Both the position numbers and the translations under genes were made by a program. A stretch of 64,000 bases of DNA, taken from positions 480,001-544,000 of the forward strand of contig CAVYBH010000012.1 of NCBI GenBank assembly GCA_963766715.1, given 5' to 3'. Origin of the DNA: an uncultured delta proteobacterium. Lineage in GTDB: Bacteria; Myxococcota; Myxococcia; Myxococcales; Anaeromyxobacteraceae. Positions 1 through 14,940 of this stretch are shown here, piece by piece; the first letter of the stretch is position 1, and each line of letters begins with the position of its first letter. The notes beneath the pieces were generated by a model. The model was given only the letters and a program-made list of their open reading frames with translations, was not told the origin of the DNA and did no database searches.

Positions 1-578
1 TGACCGCCGAGACGGGGGGCTTCGTGCGCGACATCCACTCCCTGGAGCAGGAGATCGCCCGGCTGGAGCGGGAGGTGGAGTCGGCCCGAGCGCGCGAGGC
101 GCCGGTCGCGGGGCAGGAGCGGGCCACGCCGTCCCCGCGCCCGCGCGGCGAGGCGCTGCGCGACGCTCATGGAGCGGGCGTCGGCCGACCTGGCGCTCAG
201 CCCCGGGGCGGCGCTGCGCGCCCTGCAGCCGCGCATCGCTCCAGGTGCTGCCGGCGCTACTCCGCAGCGGCTCGCCAACTTCTTCGTCGACGAGCGCGGG
301 AACCTCCAGGTCCAGGCGGGCGGGAAGCTCGTCCCCGCGGCCACGCTCCCGGCGGCGGAGCGGGACCTCTGCTTCGCGGTCCTGAAGGTGGGGTTCGCCG
401 AGCAGGGGCTCGCCGCCGGCAAGTCGGTGGCCGTCCTCGAGGACGCGTTCGGCGTCCTGCCCGAGGGTTCGCGCAGGGTGCTGGCCCGCGCTCCTCAAGC
501 AGGTGGCCAAGGGGCGCCAGGTCGTGCACGCGACGCGCCGACCCGATCTTCCGGGAGGCGGCCGACCACGCCGCCTGA
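1..578 (+). CDS. C-terminal part of a coiled-coil protein with a degenerate SMC/Rad50-like ABC head (5' truncated, frameshifted)
   Basis: Coiled coil ([14 protein letters not shown]), then [17 protein letters not shown] and QVVHAT, resembling signature, Walker B and H-loop; pieced from three frames; TGA at 576-578. Confidence 0.5.
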   Translation, partial: TAETGGFVRDIHSLEQEIARLEREVESARAREAPVAGQERATPSPRPRGEALRDAHGAGVGRPGAQPRGGAARPAAAHRSRCCRRYSAAARQLLRRRAREPPGPGGREARPRGHAPGGGAGPLLRGPEGGVRRAGARRRQVGGRPRGRVRRPARGFAQGAGPRSSSRWPRGARSCTRRADPIFREAADHAA

Positions 579-584
579 GCCGCC

Positions 585-967
585 GTGCCCACGACCCGGG
601 AGAATCGGCCGCCGGCGCCGAGGACCTGGCCGCGGCCTGGCTCGCGCGGCGCGGGTACGTCGTCCTGGCCCGCAACCACGCCACCCGGCGCGGCGAGGTC
701 GACCTCGTCTGCCGCGCCGGCGGGCGTGCTCTGCTTCGTGGAGGTCCGGAGCCGGGCCGGCTCGAGGCCACGGGGCTCCGGAGGAGACGGTGGATCGGCG
801 GAAGGCGCTGCGGGTGGTGGCGGCCGCCACCGACTGGGCCCGGCGCCACGGCGCGCTCGACGACGACATCCGCTTCGACGTGCTGGCCGTGACCGGGAGC
901 GGCGAGCGACCCGGCCTTCGAGCTCTTCGAGGGCGCCTTCGACGCCTCGGGGGGGGCGCCGGGATGA
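585..967 (+). CDS. yraN: YraN/UPF0102 family endonuclease-like protein (frameshifted)
   Basis: [54 protein letters not shown] overlap with the next gene. Confidence 0.85.
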
Positions 968-1823
968 GCGCCGGAGCGAACGCCGGGGCCGGGACCCTCT
1001 ACGTGGTGGCGACCCCCATCGGCAACCTGGGCGACCTCTCCCCGCGAGCGGCCGAGGTGCTGCGCCAGGTCGACGTGGTGGTCGCCGAGGACACGCGCCG
1101 GACGCGGACGCTGCTCGGCCACGTCGGGGCGCACCCGGCCGACCTGCTCTCCCTGCCGGCGTTCGACGAGGAGGAGCGGCTCGGCCGGGTGGTGGCGCGC
1201 CTCGCCGCCGGCGCCTCCGTGGCGCTCGTGACCGACGCGGGGACGCCCGGGGTCTCCGATCCGGGCAGCCGCCTCGTCGAGGCGGCCTGGGAGCGTGGGC
1301 GCCAGCGTGGTGCCCGTCCCGGGGCCGTCGGCGGCGCTGGCCGCGCTCTCCGCGTCGGGCCTGGCCGGCCGACCGGTTCCTCTTCGCCGGCTTCCTGCCG
1401 CGGAAGGGCGGGGCCCGGGCCGAGGCGCTGCGGTGGCTCGCCGGCGTGCCGGCCACGCTCGTGCTCTTCGAGGCCGGGAACCGGGCGGCGGCCACGCTCG
1501 CCGACCTGCAGGAGGCCTTGGGCGACCGCCCGGCGGCGCTCGCTCGCGAGCTCACCAAGCTTCACGAGGAGATCGCGCGCGGCCGCCTGTCGGAGCTTCG
1601 CGCGCGGTTTCCCGGGGAGCTGCGGGGCGAGGTGACGCTGGTCGTGGCCGGCGCCGAGGCGGCTCCCGAGGAAGCCCCCACGGAGCCGCCCGAGGAGGAG
1701 ATCCTGCGCCGGCTCGCGTCGGGCGAGGCGCCCACCGCGGTGGCGCGGGCGATCGCGCGGGGGCACGGGATGGGGCGGAGCGAGGCCTACGCGCTGGTCG
1801 AGTCGGTGCGCGGGCGCCGCTGA
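964..1823 (+). CDS. rsmI: 16S rRNA (cytidine1402-2'-O)-methyltransferase (frameshifted)
   Basis: [53 protein letters not shown]. Confidence 0.95.
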
Positions 1824-1841
1824 CCGGCGCCGCGCCGGGGC

Positions 1842-3246
<1,405 letters not shown>

Positions 3247-3256
3247 GGGACCCCTG

Positions 3257-5489
3257 TTAGCACGAGTGGGTGGGGAAGGGGAGCGGCCGTTCAGGGCGAG
3301 CCGCGGCGCTTCCGGGCCCGGCGCGACTCCGGCTGCGGCGCGGGGGCCGCGGGGCGGGGCTGCTCGAGCTGGATGCAGGGGAGCGAGACGGTGAACTCGG
3401 CGCCGCCCCCGGGCGGGCTCGGAGACGACGAGCGCCCCGTGGTGCGCCTTGACGATGCGCTGGCTGATGGCGAGACCGAGGCCGGTGCCCTTCTCCTTCG
3501 TCGTGTAGAACGGGACGAAGACGTTGTCGCGGGCGTCGGCGGGGATGCCCGGGCCCGGTGTCGCGGAACCGGATCTCGACCCGGTCGTCGCGGAAGCGAG
3601 GCTCCCGCCAGGTGGCGAGCTCGTCGCGGGCGAGCGAGGCGGAGACGTGGAGCTTGCCGCCGTCGGGCATGGCCTGGAACGAGTTGAGCGCCAGGTTGAG
3701 GAACACCTGCTTCAGCTGCTCGGGATCGCAGTCCACCAGGGGAAGCTCGGGGGCCACGTCGATGGTGATCTCGATCCCGGCCGGGACCTGGGGCGCGAGC
3801 AGCTTGAAGGTGCGCTGCAGGATGTCCCCGACGTCCCCGGGCGCCAGCGTCGACTTGAGCGGCCGGGCGTAGTCGAGGAACTGGGTCACGACGCCGTTCA
3901 GGCGGTCGACCTCCTCGACGATGATCTCGAGGAACTCCCCGTCCTCGCGGGGGAGCCGCGCGGGGGTCGAGGTACTGGGTGGCTCCCTTGATGGCGGCGA
4001 GCGGGTTGCGGATCTCGTGGGCCAGGCCGGCGGCCATCTCGCCCAGCGCGGCGAGCCGGTCGCGCTCCTTCATCTGCTGGTAGAGCTTGGAGTTGTCGAT
4101 GACGAGCGCGCAGCGGTCGGCGACCTCGATGAGGCCGGCGATCTCGTCGGACGCGAAGGCCTCCTGGACGCGCTCGTCCCAGCAGGCCAGGAACCCGGCC
4201 ACCCGGTCGCCCGCCACGAGCGGCATGCAGATGCCGGCCTTCATGAGCGCCATGGCCTCGCGGGCGTCGGCGATCCGCTGCAGCTCGGCGGCGATCGCGG
4301 AGGGCGGGGAGGGCGCCGCCGCGTCGCCCTGGCTGGGAGGGTACTCGGCCTGCAGCTCGGCCAGGCGCCGTTCCAGGTTCTCGAGCAGGACGGCCCGCCG
4401 CCCGTCCCCGGCGGCCCGGACGAGCGCGCGGGCGGTGGCGGGCTCGAGGAACGGCACGGGCTCCGGTCCGCGGAAGGCGAGCAGGCGGTAGCCGGGTCGC
4501 TCGTCGGCGACGAGCCAGAGCGAGGCGTGGGTGACGCGCCGGGTCTCCGCCAGTCCGTCGAGGACCGTGCGCTCCAGGCCGACCGGGTCGATGACGGTCA
4601 CCACGCGGTCGCGCAGGACCTCGAGCTCCCGGACCAGCTCGTACCGTTCCGGGAAGAGGTTCACCACCACCCACTCCTCGACCTTGGCCCGGATCGGGTC
4701 GAACAGGGAGAGGATGACGAACGAGGCGACCAGCGTGTTGAAGAAGAAGAGGCCGGGCCGCACGCCCACCCAGGAGACGAGGCCGCCGTAGATGCTCGCG
4801 AGCACGAGGCCGAGGAGGGTGACGACGGCGATCTTGCCGAGGAACTCGTGCAGGTCGAGCAGGCGGCGGCGCAGCAGGGCCTGCAGGAGCAGGAACATGT
4901 ACAGCGTGAGCGCCACGAACCCGAGCCCCTCGAGCGGATAGCGGACGCCCACGCGGGGGAGGAGATCGAGGAAGGCGAGGATGCCGACCACCAGCGCGCC
5001 CACGAGCACGTAGGTGAGGCGGGAACGATCGGCGCGCGTGGTGCGCCGCCAGGCGTCTCGCGCCACACCACCGAGAGCACCGCGGCGAGCGCGAGGAGGA
5101 CGTACAGGGCCACCAGCAGCGAGGCCAGGTCGGAGCGGGTGAGCGGCGTCGACCGCCACGACCAGCCCGAAGACCGAGCCGCCGAGCATGAGGTCGCGGG
5201 CGCGCCGGGCCGGGCGCCGCTTCACCCCGAGGAATTCGAGGAAGAAGGCGAGCGCCGCGGCGGGCAGGAGCGAGCCCGCGGCGATCGCCAGGCGCTTCCA
5301 GAGATCGTGGCTGCCCTGGGTGCCGGGGAGCCCGTGGAGGAACTCGGCGGCGGAGAAGACGAAGAGATCGAGGGAGAGGAGCGCGAAGAGGGTGAAGGAC
5401 CGCGGCCGTGCCGAGCGCAGGAGGGCCGCCCCGGCCAGGGCCAGGGTCACGATGGCGGCGAGGAGGGCTGCCTGGTCGCGGATGTCCAC
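3257..5489 (-). CDS. Membrane sensor histidine kinase (multi-TM, GAF-like, HisKA, HATPase; frameshifted)
   Basis: Hydrophobic N-terminus, AHEIRNPL H-box, QLKQVFLNLALN, DTGPG, PFYTTKEKGTGLGL; GTG start at 5489. Confidence 0.9.
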
Positions 5490-5531
5490 TCGGGGGAATC
5501 CTAAGCCAGAATCGACGCGGCGGTCGCGCGC

Positions 5532-5560
5532 TTGACCGCCGGACCCGCCTCCCCCAGATT
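5532..5560 (+). promoter_or_regulatory. Putative sigma70 promoter of the SLT gene
   Basis: TTGACC-17 nt-CAGATT, 8 nt upstream of ATG 5569. Confidence 0.45.
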
Positions 5561-5568
5561 CCGGGTCG

Positions 5569-7755
5569 ATGCTCGTCCCGGTCTCCCTGGCGCTCTTCCT
5601 CGCCGCAGCCCCGCATGTCTCCCCGCCGGCCGTGGTGAGCGAGGCCGACGTCGATCCGCCGCTGGCGCGCCTGACGGCCGCCGAGGCGAGGTTCCTCCGG
5701 GCCCGGTCGGCGCTCGCCGCCGGCGACGCGGCGGCTGCCGAGCGAGAGCTCTCCGGGCTGGCTGCGGCGCTCCCGGCCATCGCCGACCGGGTGGAGGCGC
5801 TGCTCCGCGGCCGTGGCCGAGGCCCAGGGGCTCCCGCGACCAGGCCATCGAGACGTGGAAGCGGGTCCCCCCGACCTCCCTCCTCTGGCCCCAGGCGCGG
5901 ATGTCGCTGGGGCGGCTGCAGGCCGCCGCGGGGCGACCCGTCGAGGCGGTCGAGGCGGTCCGGCCACTGCTGGGACTTGCCGGCCCCGGGCGACCTCTCC
6001 CGGGGCGACGCGGCGCCGCGGGCGCTGCTCTTCGCAGGAAAGGTCCTGTCCGACCAGCCGGACGGGAAGGAGGAGGCCCGGAAGCTCTTCCTGGAGTGCT
6101 GGGCGGGGCACGCCCTCTCCCCCGAGGCGAAGGAGTGCCGTGCGCGGCCTGGACGCGCTGCCCCCGCCTCACGGCGCTCCGCCCGGCGACGAGGACCTCC
6201 TGCGCCGGGCCGAGGCGCTCCTCGACTGGAACCGGAACGAGCAGGCCCTCGCCGAGGCGAAGCGGCTGGGGGAGAGGCTGCCGCCCCCGGGCCCCGACGC
6301 CCCGCTCGCCTGTCGCGCGGCGTTCGTCCGGGGAAAGGCGCTCCGGAAGCTCCGGCAGCACGCCGCCGCGGCCGAGGAGCTCGCCCCGGTGGTCGCGGCC
6401 TGCACGCGACCCCTCGCTCCGTCCCCGGGCGCTCTACCTACTGGCGGTCACGCGCGCCAACGTGAGCAACGCCGCCGGGGTGGAGACGTACCGGAGGTTC
6501 GCAGCCGAGTACCCGGAGCACGCCCAGTCGGACGACGCCCTCTACTTCGCCGCCGACCTGCTGGCCCGCGACGGGCGCATCGACGAGGCGCGGCGGGTGC
6601 TGGACGAGCTCGTGGAACGCTACCCGGACGGCGACTACCGGGCGGACGCGCTCTTCAAGGGCGCCTGGCTCGCCCGGCGGCAGGGCGATCTCGACGCCGC
6701 GGTGGCAGGGTTGGCGCGGATCGAGAGCCTGTACCGGGACAAGGATCCCTACGAGCACGCCCGGGCCGTGTACTGGCGCGGGCGCGTCCTCGCCGTGCGC
6801 AACGGCCAGGGGGACGTGGGTCGAGCCCGCGCCGCCTGGAGCGAGGTCGCGAAGCTCTACCCGGCCGACTACTACGGTCTCCTGGCGCGCGCGCGCCTGC
6901 TCGACGCCGGGAAGAAGGCCCCCGAGCCGCGCCCGTCCGGCGCGAGCCGCAAGGGCTTCCGGTACCGCTCCGGTCCGCTCGCCGCCGATCCCCATTTCCG
7001 GGCCGCGGTCCAGCTGCTCCGGCTGGACATGGACCGGGAGGCCGCCGAGGAGCTGAACGCGGTGGACCGCAGGGAGATCGGGGCGTCACCCGGAGTCTCC
7101 CGAGCCCCTGCTCCTGCTCGCCGAGCTCCTCGATCGCGCCGGCGACGCCCGCGCCTCCCACCGCCTCCTGCGCACCCAGGGGCGCCAGGTGCTGCGCGAG
7201 CCTCCCGCCGGGCTGGGGCTGCGCGTCTGGCAGATGGCCTATCCTCCGGCGTGGCGGGATCAGGTCGTCCGCTACGCGCCCCCCGCCGGCGTGCCGCCGG
7301 ACCTTCTCCAGGCCTTGATGCGGGAGGAGAGCGCGCTCGACCCCGCGGTGGTCTCCGGCGCCGGGGCGGTGGGGCTGACCCAGCTCATGGTCCGGACGGC
7401 CGGCGAGTCGGCGAAGAAGCTGGCCCTGCCCGCCCCCTCGGCGCACGACCTCACCGATCCGCGGCTCAACATCCGGCTCGGCGCCCAGCACCTCGGCGAC
7501 CTCATCAAGCGGTTCGGGGGATCGGCCCCGCTGGCGCTCGCGGCCTACAACGCCGGGGAGGGCAACGCCCGGGCCTGGTGGCGTTCGAGGGCCAGCCTGC
7601 CCCTCGACGAGTTCGTCGAGGAGATCCCCATCCAGGAGACGCGGGGCTACGTGAAGCGCGTCCTGCGCAGCTACGCGGCCTACCGGATGCTCTACGGTCG
7701 CGACGGGGAGCGACCCGTACGGCTGGTGCAGCCGCTGCCTCCTCCGCCGCCCTGA
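5569..7755 (+). CDS. TPR-containing soluble lytic murein transglycosylase (frameshifted)
   Basis: Signal peptide, TPR-like repeats, ALMREESALDP..SGAGAVGLTQLM, ALAAYNAG, FVEEIPIQETRGYVKRV. Confidence 0.9.
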
Positions 7756-7811
7756 GCCGCGCGCGACTCGGGTCCGGGCGCGAGGCAGGGTCCCGTGATA
7801 GGTTTTCCCCG

Positions 7812-8408
7812 ATGCTCGACTCGTCCGTCCTGGTCCTGAACCGCGTGTATCAGCCGATGCACGTGACCTCGGTCCGGCGGGCCGTGACCCTGCTGTACCA
7901 GGGGGTCGCCCGGGCGCTCGACGAGCAGTTCCGCCTCTTCGACTTCGAGAGCTGGGCCGCCGTCGCCGCCGCGGTGAGCGAGGAAGCCATCCACACCCCG
8001 ACCCGGGCCATCCGGGTGCCGCGGGTGGTCGTCCTCGTGGCCCATACGCACCTGCCGCGCCAGCGGGTGCGCTTCTCGCGCCTGAACGTCTACGCGCGGG
8101 ACGAGAGCACCTGCCAGTACTGCGGCCGGCGCCTCCCCCGGTCGGAGCTGAACCTGGACCACGTGTTGCCGCGCTCCCGGGGAGGATCGACGAGCTGGGA
8201 GAACGTGGTCTGCAGCTGCGTGGCCTGCAACCTCCGCAAGGGAGGGCGCACGCCCGAGGAGTCGGGCATGCGCCTGCTCCGGGCACCCGCGCGGCCGAGG
8301 TGGACGGCCGTCTTCCGGAACGCGACGCGACGCGCGATCTACCGGGAGTGGCGACCGTTCCTGGGGCTCCTGGACGCCGCGTACTGGAACGTCGAGCTGC
8401 GGGACTGA
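7812..8408 (+). CDS. HNH endonuclease (McrA-like)
   Basis: VLVLN, CQYCG, LNLDHVLPRSRGGSTSWENVVCSCVACNLRKG. Confidence 0.92.
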   Translation: MLDSSVLVLNRVYQPMHVTSVRRAVTLLYQGVARALDEQFRLFDFESWAAVAAAVSEEAIHTPTRAIRVPRVVVLVAHTHLPRQRVRFSRLNVYARDESTCQYCGRRLPRSELNLDHVLPRSRGGSTSWENVVCSCVACNLRKGGRTPEESGMRLLRAPARPRWTAVFRNATRRAIYREWRPFLGLLDAAYWNVELRD

Positions 8409-8412
8409 TGCC

Positions 8413-9030
8413 TTGAAACGCTTCCTGGAACAGAGCCTCTACGAGCTCCTGGAGGTGTCGCCGTCCGCGACGCCCGAGGAGATCGTCCGCGCGCACGAGC
8501 GGGCCCGGTCGCTGTACGGCCCCGGGTCGCTCGCCGCCTACACGCTCCTCACCCCGGAGATGGCGGCGGAGCTCGCCCGCCGGATCGAGGAGGCCCGCGA
8601 GGTGCTGCTCGACCCCGAGGCCAGGGCTGCCTACGACGCGCGCCTTCCCGTGGAGGAGGCCCGCCCGGTTCGCGCGCCGGCGGAGACCGTCGCCGCTCCG
8701 GCCCCGGCGACCGTTCCCGCGCCGGCCCAGCTGGTCGAGGAGGCCCCCCGGAAGCCGTTCGTCCCTCCCGAGGGAGCTTCCTGGACCGGCGCCTTGCTCC
8801 GCGAGGCCCGGGAGGCTCGCGGGCTCACGGTGGCCCAGATGGCCGAACGGACCAAGGTGAGCCGGCTCCACATCGAGTGCGTGGAGGAGGAGCGTTTCGA
8901 GCAGCTCCCCGTGGCGGTCTACCTGCGCGGGATCGTCATGTGCCTGGCTCGGGAGCTCCGCCTCGACGGCCAGAAGGTGGCCCGGTCCTACCTGGAACGG
9001 GCCTCCGGAGGCGCCAAGTCGGGTCGTTGA
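8413..9030 (+). CDS. J-domain-like plus RodZ-type (HTH_25) helix-turn-helix protein, copy 1
   Basis: LYELLEVSPSATPEEI..IEEAREVLLDPEARAAYD (no HPD); LREAREARGLTV..IEC.EEERFEQLPVAVYLRG. Confidence 0.8.
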   Translation: MKRFLEQSLYELLEVSPSATPEEIVRAHERARSLYGPGSLAAYTLLTPEMAAELARRIEEAREVLLDPEARAAYDARLPVEEARPVRAPAETVAAPAPATVPAPAQLVEEAPRKPFVPPEGASWTGALLREAREARGLTVAQMAERTKVSRLHIECVEEERFEQLPVAVYLRGIVMCLARELRLDGQKVARSYLERASGGAKSGR

Positions 9031-9077
9031 GGCGGCAGCCCTCTTGACCCCCACGGTCGGAGGGCTAGCATCAGCGG

Positions 9078-9344
9078 ATGCCGCTCATCGAGGCGCCCGA
9101 GCAAGCCATCCGGCTGGCCCGCGCCATCTGCTCCGACGTGTCGCTCTACAACGAGGAGAAGATCGTCCGCTCCATCGAGCAGGACAACTTCTTCGACGCC
9201 CTGCGCGAGGAGCTGGAGGAGGGGCGCGACCTGTACCGGTCCCGCGTCGCTCCCGACCTGTACGGCCGGACGAACTACTACGACAAGGCCATCGTGGACG
9301 TCATCCTGCGCCCCAAGGGACACGTGAAGTCCCGGATCTGGTGA
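9078..9344 (+). CDS. Conserved-looking hypothetical protein (88 aa)
   Basis: Clean ORF with typical codon bias; RLARAICSDVSLYNEEKI; TTGACC-16-TAGCAT just upstream. Confidence 0.75.
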   Translation: MPLIEAPEQAIRLARAICSDVSLYNEEKIVRSIEQDNFFDALREELEEGRDLYRSRVAPDLYGRTNYYDKAIVDVILRPKGHVKSRIW

Positions 9345-9356
9345 GGCGAGGAACCG

Positions 9357-10305
9357 CTGGCCGAGCCACTCGAGCTCAGGGCAGGTGAATCGGAGGCCGG
9401 GCTGCGCCTCGACGTGGCCGTGTCGCGCCTGGCCCCGTCCCTGTCCCGTGCGCGCGTCCAGCGGCTCGTGGAGGAAGGGCTCGTCCGGGTCGACGGGCGA
9501 ATCGTCAAGGCGGCGGCTCGCCTGAGAGGCGCGGAGCGGATCGAGGTCGAGATCCCGCCGCCCGAGCCGTCGGGGCTCGTCCCGCAGGATCTGCCGCTCG
9601 ACGTCCTGTACGAGGACCGCGACCTGCTCGTGCTCGACAAGCGCGCCGGGATGGTCGTCCACCCCGCCCGCGGGACGCCTCACTCCACGGTCGTGAACGC
9701 GCTGCTCCACCGGCTGGGGGACGATGCCGCCGCCGGGGGACGGCTCGGGCTCGTCCACCGGCTCGACAAGGAGACGTCGGGCTGCCTCGTGGTCGCGCGG
9801 AACGACGCGGCGCTCGCCGGGCTCCAGGCCCAGTTCCAGGCCCGGACGGTCGAGAAGGTCTACCTGGCGCTCGTCCACGGTCGACTCCCCGACGAGGGGC
9901 GGCTCGAGACCCCGTACGGGCGCCATCCCCGGGACAGGAAGCGCTTCACCGGCCGCTCGGGCAGCCGGAAGGCGGTGACGGAGTGGCGCGTCGTCGAGCG
10001 CTTCGGCGACCGGGCCTCCCTCGCCGAGGTCAGGATCCACACCGGGCGAACGCACCAGATCCGCGTCCACCTCTCCGAGTCGGGCCATCCGATCGTCGGG
10101 GACGCCGCCTACGGCGGCACGCGGCGGGAAGCCAGGCTGGCCGCCACCGACCCGCTCCGGCTCGCGGCCGCGCGACGTCGGCCGCCAGGCGCTCCATGCG
10201 TGGCGCCTCGCGTTCCAGCACCCCCGCACCGGCCGCCTCCGCCGCTTCGAGGCGCCCGTGCCGGAGGACATCCAGGCGGCGATCGACCGGCTGCGGCGAG
10301 GCTGA
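9357..10305 (+). CDS. rluD: RluA-family pseudouridine synthase with S4 domain (RluD-like; start approximate, frameshift near 10170)
   Basis: LRLD..SRARVQRLV S4 domain, DKRAGMVVHP, LVHRLDKETSG, TGRTHQIRVH, QALHAWRLAF. Confidence 0.88.
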
Positions 10306-10308
10306 CGC

Positions 10309-10901
10309 TCACTCCTCGAGGAAGCGAGCCTCGAAGCGACGCATGGTGTCCCGGGCGCGAAGGCTGCCCGGGTCGATGGTCAGCCCGGCCTCCTCGACGG
10401 CCTGCACGGTCTCCCGGTTGGGGTGGCAGCCGCCCGAGATCGCGGTCCACGCCGGCTGGCTCCAGTCCTGCAGCCGCGCCTTCCAGGGGACGGGGGAGCG
10501 GACGTGCTCGAGGGCCCGCATCGCGCCGCCCGGAGGCCAGGACCCGCCGCACCTCTCCGAGCGCGAGCCGGGGCTCGGTCACCGAGCACAGCACGAGGCC
10601 GCTCAGGACCGTGTCGAAGGCGCCTTGCCGGAAGGGCAACTCCTCGGCGCGGGCCTGGACCAGGAGCGCGCCAGGCGAGCGCCGGCGCGCCTTCAGCGAG
10701 GCTCTGCCGGCAGGGGTCGACGCCCACGGAGGTGGCGCCGGAGGGCAGGAGCGGCAGGTTGCGGCCGGTCCCGCAGCCGAGGTCGAGCGTCAGTCCGCGC
10801 GCACCCTCGACGAGCCACCGGCGCCAGGGGCCGAGCCCGGCGCGTTCCAGGAGCGCCATGGAGGCGTCGTACAGCCAGGGGATCTGCTCGGCGCCGCGCA
10901 C
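10309..10901 (-). CDS. Class I SAM-dependent methyltransferase (frameshifted)
   Basis: LDLGCGTGRN, LPFRQGAFDTV..LVLCSV, LEHVRS, GGCHPNRET. Confidence 0.85.
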
Positions 10902-10910
10902 GAGGGACCT

Positions 10911-12776
10911 CTAGTCCAGGTATCCCTGCGCCTGCAGGGAAAAGAGGTGGGCGTAGCGGCCGCCGCGCTCGACGAGGTCCCTGTGGCTCCCCAGCTCCTC
11001 CAGGCGCCCCCCGTGCAGGACGGCGATCCGGTCGGCCATGCGAACCGTGGAGAAGCGGTGGGAGATGACGATGGCGGTCCGGCCGGCGGCCAGCTCCCGG
11101 AAGTGCAGGAAGAGCTCGTGCTCGGCCTCCGCGTCGATGCTGGCGGTGGGCTCGTCGAGGACGAGGACCTCCGCGTCGCGCATGAAGGCCCGGGCCACGG
11201 CCAGCTTCTGCCACTGCCCGGCCGAGATCTCGTGACCGGCCTCGAACCATCCGCCCAGCACGGTGTCGAGCCCCCGGGGCAGGCTGGCCACGAGCGGTCC
11301 GGCTCCCGCGCGCCGGGCGGCCTCCTCGATCCGGGGTCGGTCGTCGACGTGCTCGGGATTGCCGAGCCCGATGTTCTCGGCCGCGGTGAACTGGTAGCGG
11401 ACGAAGTCCTGGAAGACCGCGCCGATCCGGCTGCGAAGGTCGCGGGGGTCGAGGTCCCGCAGGTCCACCCCCCCGTAGGTGATGCGCCCCTCGGTGGGGT
11501 CGTAGAGGCGAAGCAGCAGCTTCACGATGGTGCTCTTGCCGGCGCCGTTCTCGCCCACCAGCCCCAGGGTGTCGCCCGGCGCGAGCCGGAGGTTCACCCC
11601 TCGCAGGGCCCACTCGCTCCGCGACGGGTAGCGGAAGGAGACGTCCTCGAAGGCGATCTCGAGGGGGCGGCCGCGAGGCGCCGAGGCCGGCGGGTCGACC
11701 CGCGCCCGCTCCCCGCCGGTGGGGATGAGCAGGAACGCGAAGAGGTTCGACATGTAGAGCGAGTCCTCGTACATGGCGCCCACGGCGGTGAGGATTCCCT
11801 GGAAGGCCGACTGGCCCTGCCGGAAGGCCACCAGGTAGAGGGTCATGTCGCCGAGCGAGATCTCCCCCCGCGCCGCCCGTCCGGCCACCAGCAGGTACAT
11901 GCCGTAGAAGGCCGCCAGCGCCAGGAGCCCGAAGGTGGCGCCGAAGGCCAGCCGGCGGACGGCCAGCCGCCGATCCTCGCCGTAGAACTTCCGGAAGAGC
12001 TCCCGGTACCGCCCCAGGACCAGCGGACCGAGGTCGAAGAGCTTGACCTCCTTCACGTGGGAGTCGCGGGTGAGGATCCACTCCAGGTAGTTGAGGCGCC
12101 GTCCCTCGGGCGCGCGCCAGGTGTTCACGCGGAAGGATTCCGAGGAGAGCCGGGCCTCGGCGACGAAGGCCGGGATCGAGGCGGCGACGATGACCAGCAC
12201 GCTCCAGGGGGAGAGGCGCCAGAGGAGCGCCGAGAGCGCCGCCAGGGTGACCGCGTTCTGCGCGATGCCGAAGGCCTGCATCACGAGGGAGAGGGGGCGG
12301 GCCGAGGCCTCCCGCCGGGCGTTCTGCATCTTGTCGTAGACGTCCGCGTCCTCGAAATGGCGGAGCTCGAGGGAGAGGGCCTTCTCCAGGATCTGCTCGT
12401 TCACCCGGTTGCCGAGGTGGGTGCGGAGGAGCTCGCGAAGGAAGCCGAGGAGCCGCCCCGAGACGAGGGTGGCCGCGACGAGGAGGAGCTCGAGGAGGAC
12501 GAGCGTTCCCACCCGGGCCCGGGCCGCCTCGGAGCCGGTCCGGGCCGCCTCGACCACGGCGTCGATGATGAGCTTGCCCACCCAGGCGAGGGGGGCGGGC
12601 AGCAGGGCCGCCACCGCCGTGAGCCCGGCGATGGCCATCGCGCCCCGCCGGTCGGCCTCCCAGACCAGCCGGAAGGTGCCCGGGACCTGGGCAAAGACCT
12701 CGGCCACGCCCCTCAGGCGGGCGCGGAGACCGGTCGCGGCAGGACCGGTGGGTTTCGGGGGGTGAGCGGGGGGCAC
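10911..12776 (-). CDS. Fused ABC transporter permease/ATP-binding protein (exporter)
   Basis: TM domain, GENGAGKST, ISAGQWQKLAVAR, LVLDEPT, ISHRFST. Confidence 0.95.
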   Translation of the reverse strand: MPPAHPPKPTGPAATGLRARLRGVAEVFAQVPGTFRLVWEADRRGAMAIAGLTAVAALLPAPLAWVGKLIIDAVVEAARTGSEAARARVGTLVLLELLLVAATLVSGRLLGFLRELLRTHLGNRVNEQILEKALSLELRHFEDADVYDKMQNARREASARPLSLVMQAFGIAQNAVTLAALSALLWRLSPWSVLVIVAASIPAFVAEARLSSESFRVNTWRAPEGRRLNYLEWILTRDSHVKEVKLFDLGPLVLGRYRELFRKFYGEDRRLAVRRLAFGATFGLLALAAFYGMYLLVAGRAARGEISLGDMTLYLVAFRQGQSAFQGILTAVGAMYEDSLYMSNLFAFLLIPTGGERARVDPPASAPRGRPLEIAFEDVSFRYPSRSEWALRGVNLRLAPGDTLGLVGENGAGKSTIVKLLLRLYDPTEGRITYGGVDLRDLDPRDLRSRIGAVFQDFVRYQFTAAENIGLGNPEHVDDRPRIEEAARRAGAGPLVASLPRGLDTVLGGWFEAGHEISAGQWQKLAVARAFMRDAEVLVLDEPTASIDAEAEHELFLHFRELAAGRTAIVISHRFSTVRMADRIAVLHGGRLEELGSHRDLVERGGRYAHLFSLQAQGYLD

Positions 12777-12834
12777 GGGAGCCGGCTAGATAACGCCTTC
12801 ATTTTTCCGACGCCACGGCGTACATGTGATCTCG

Positions 12835-14927
<2,093 letters not shown>

Positions 14928-14940
14928 GTCGACGGGGCCG

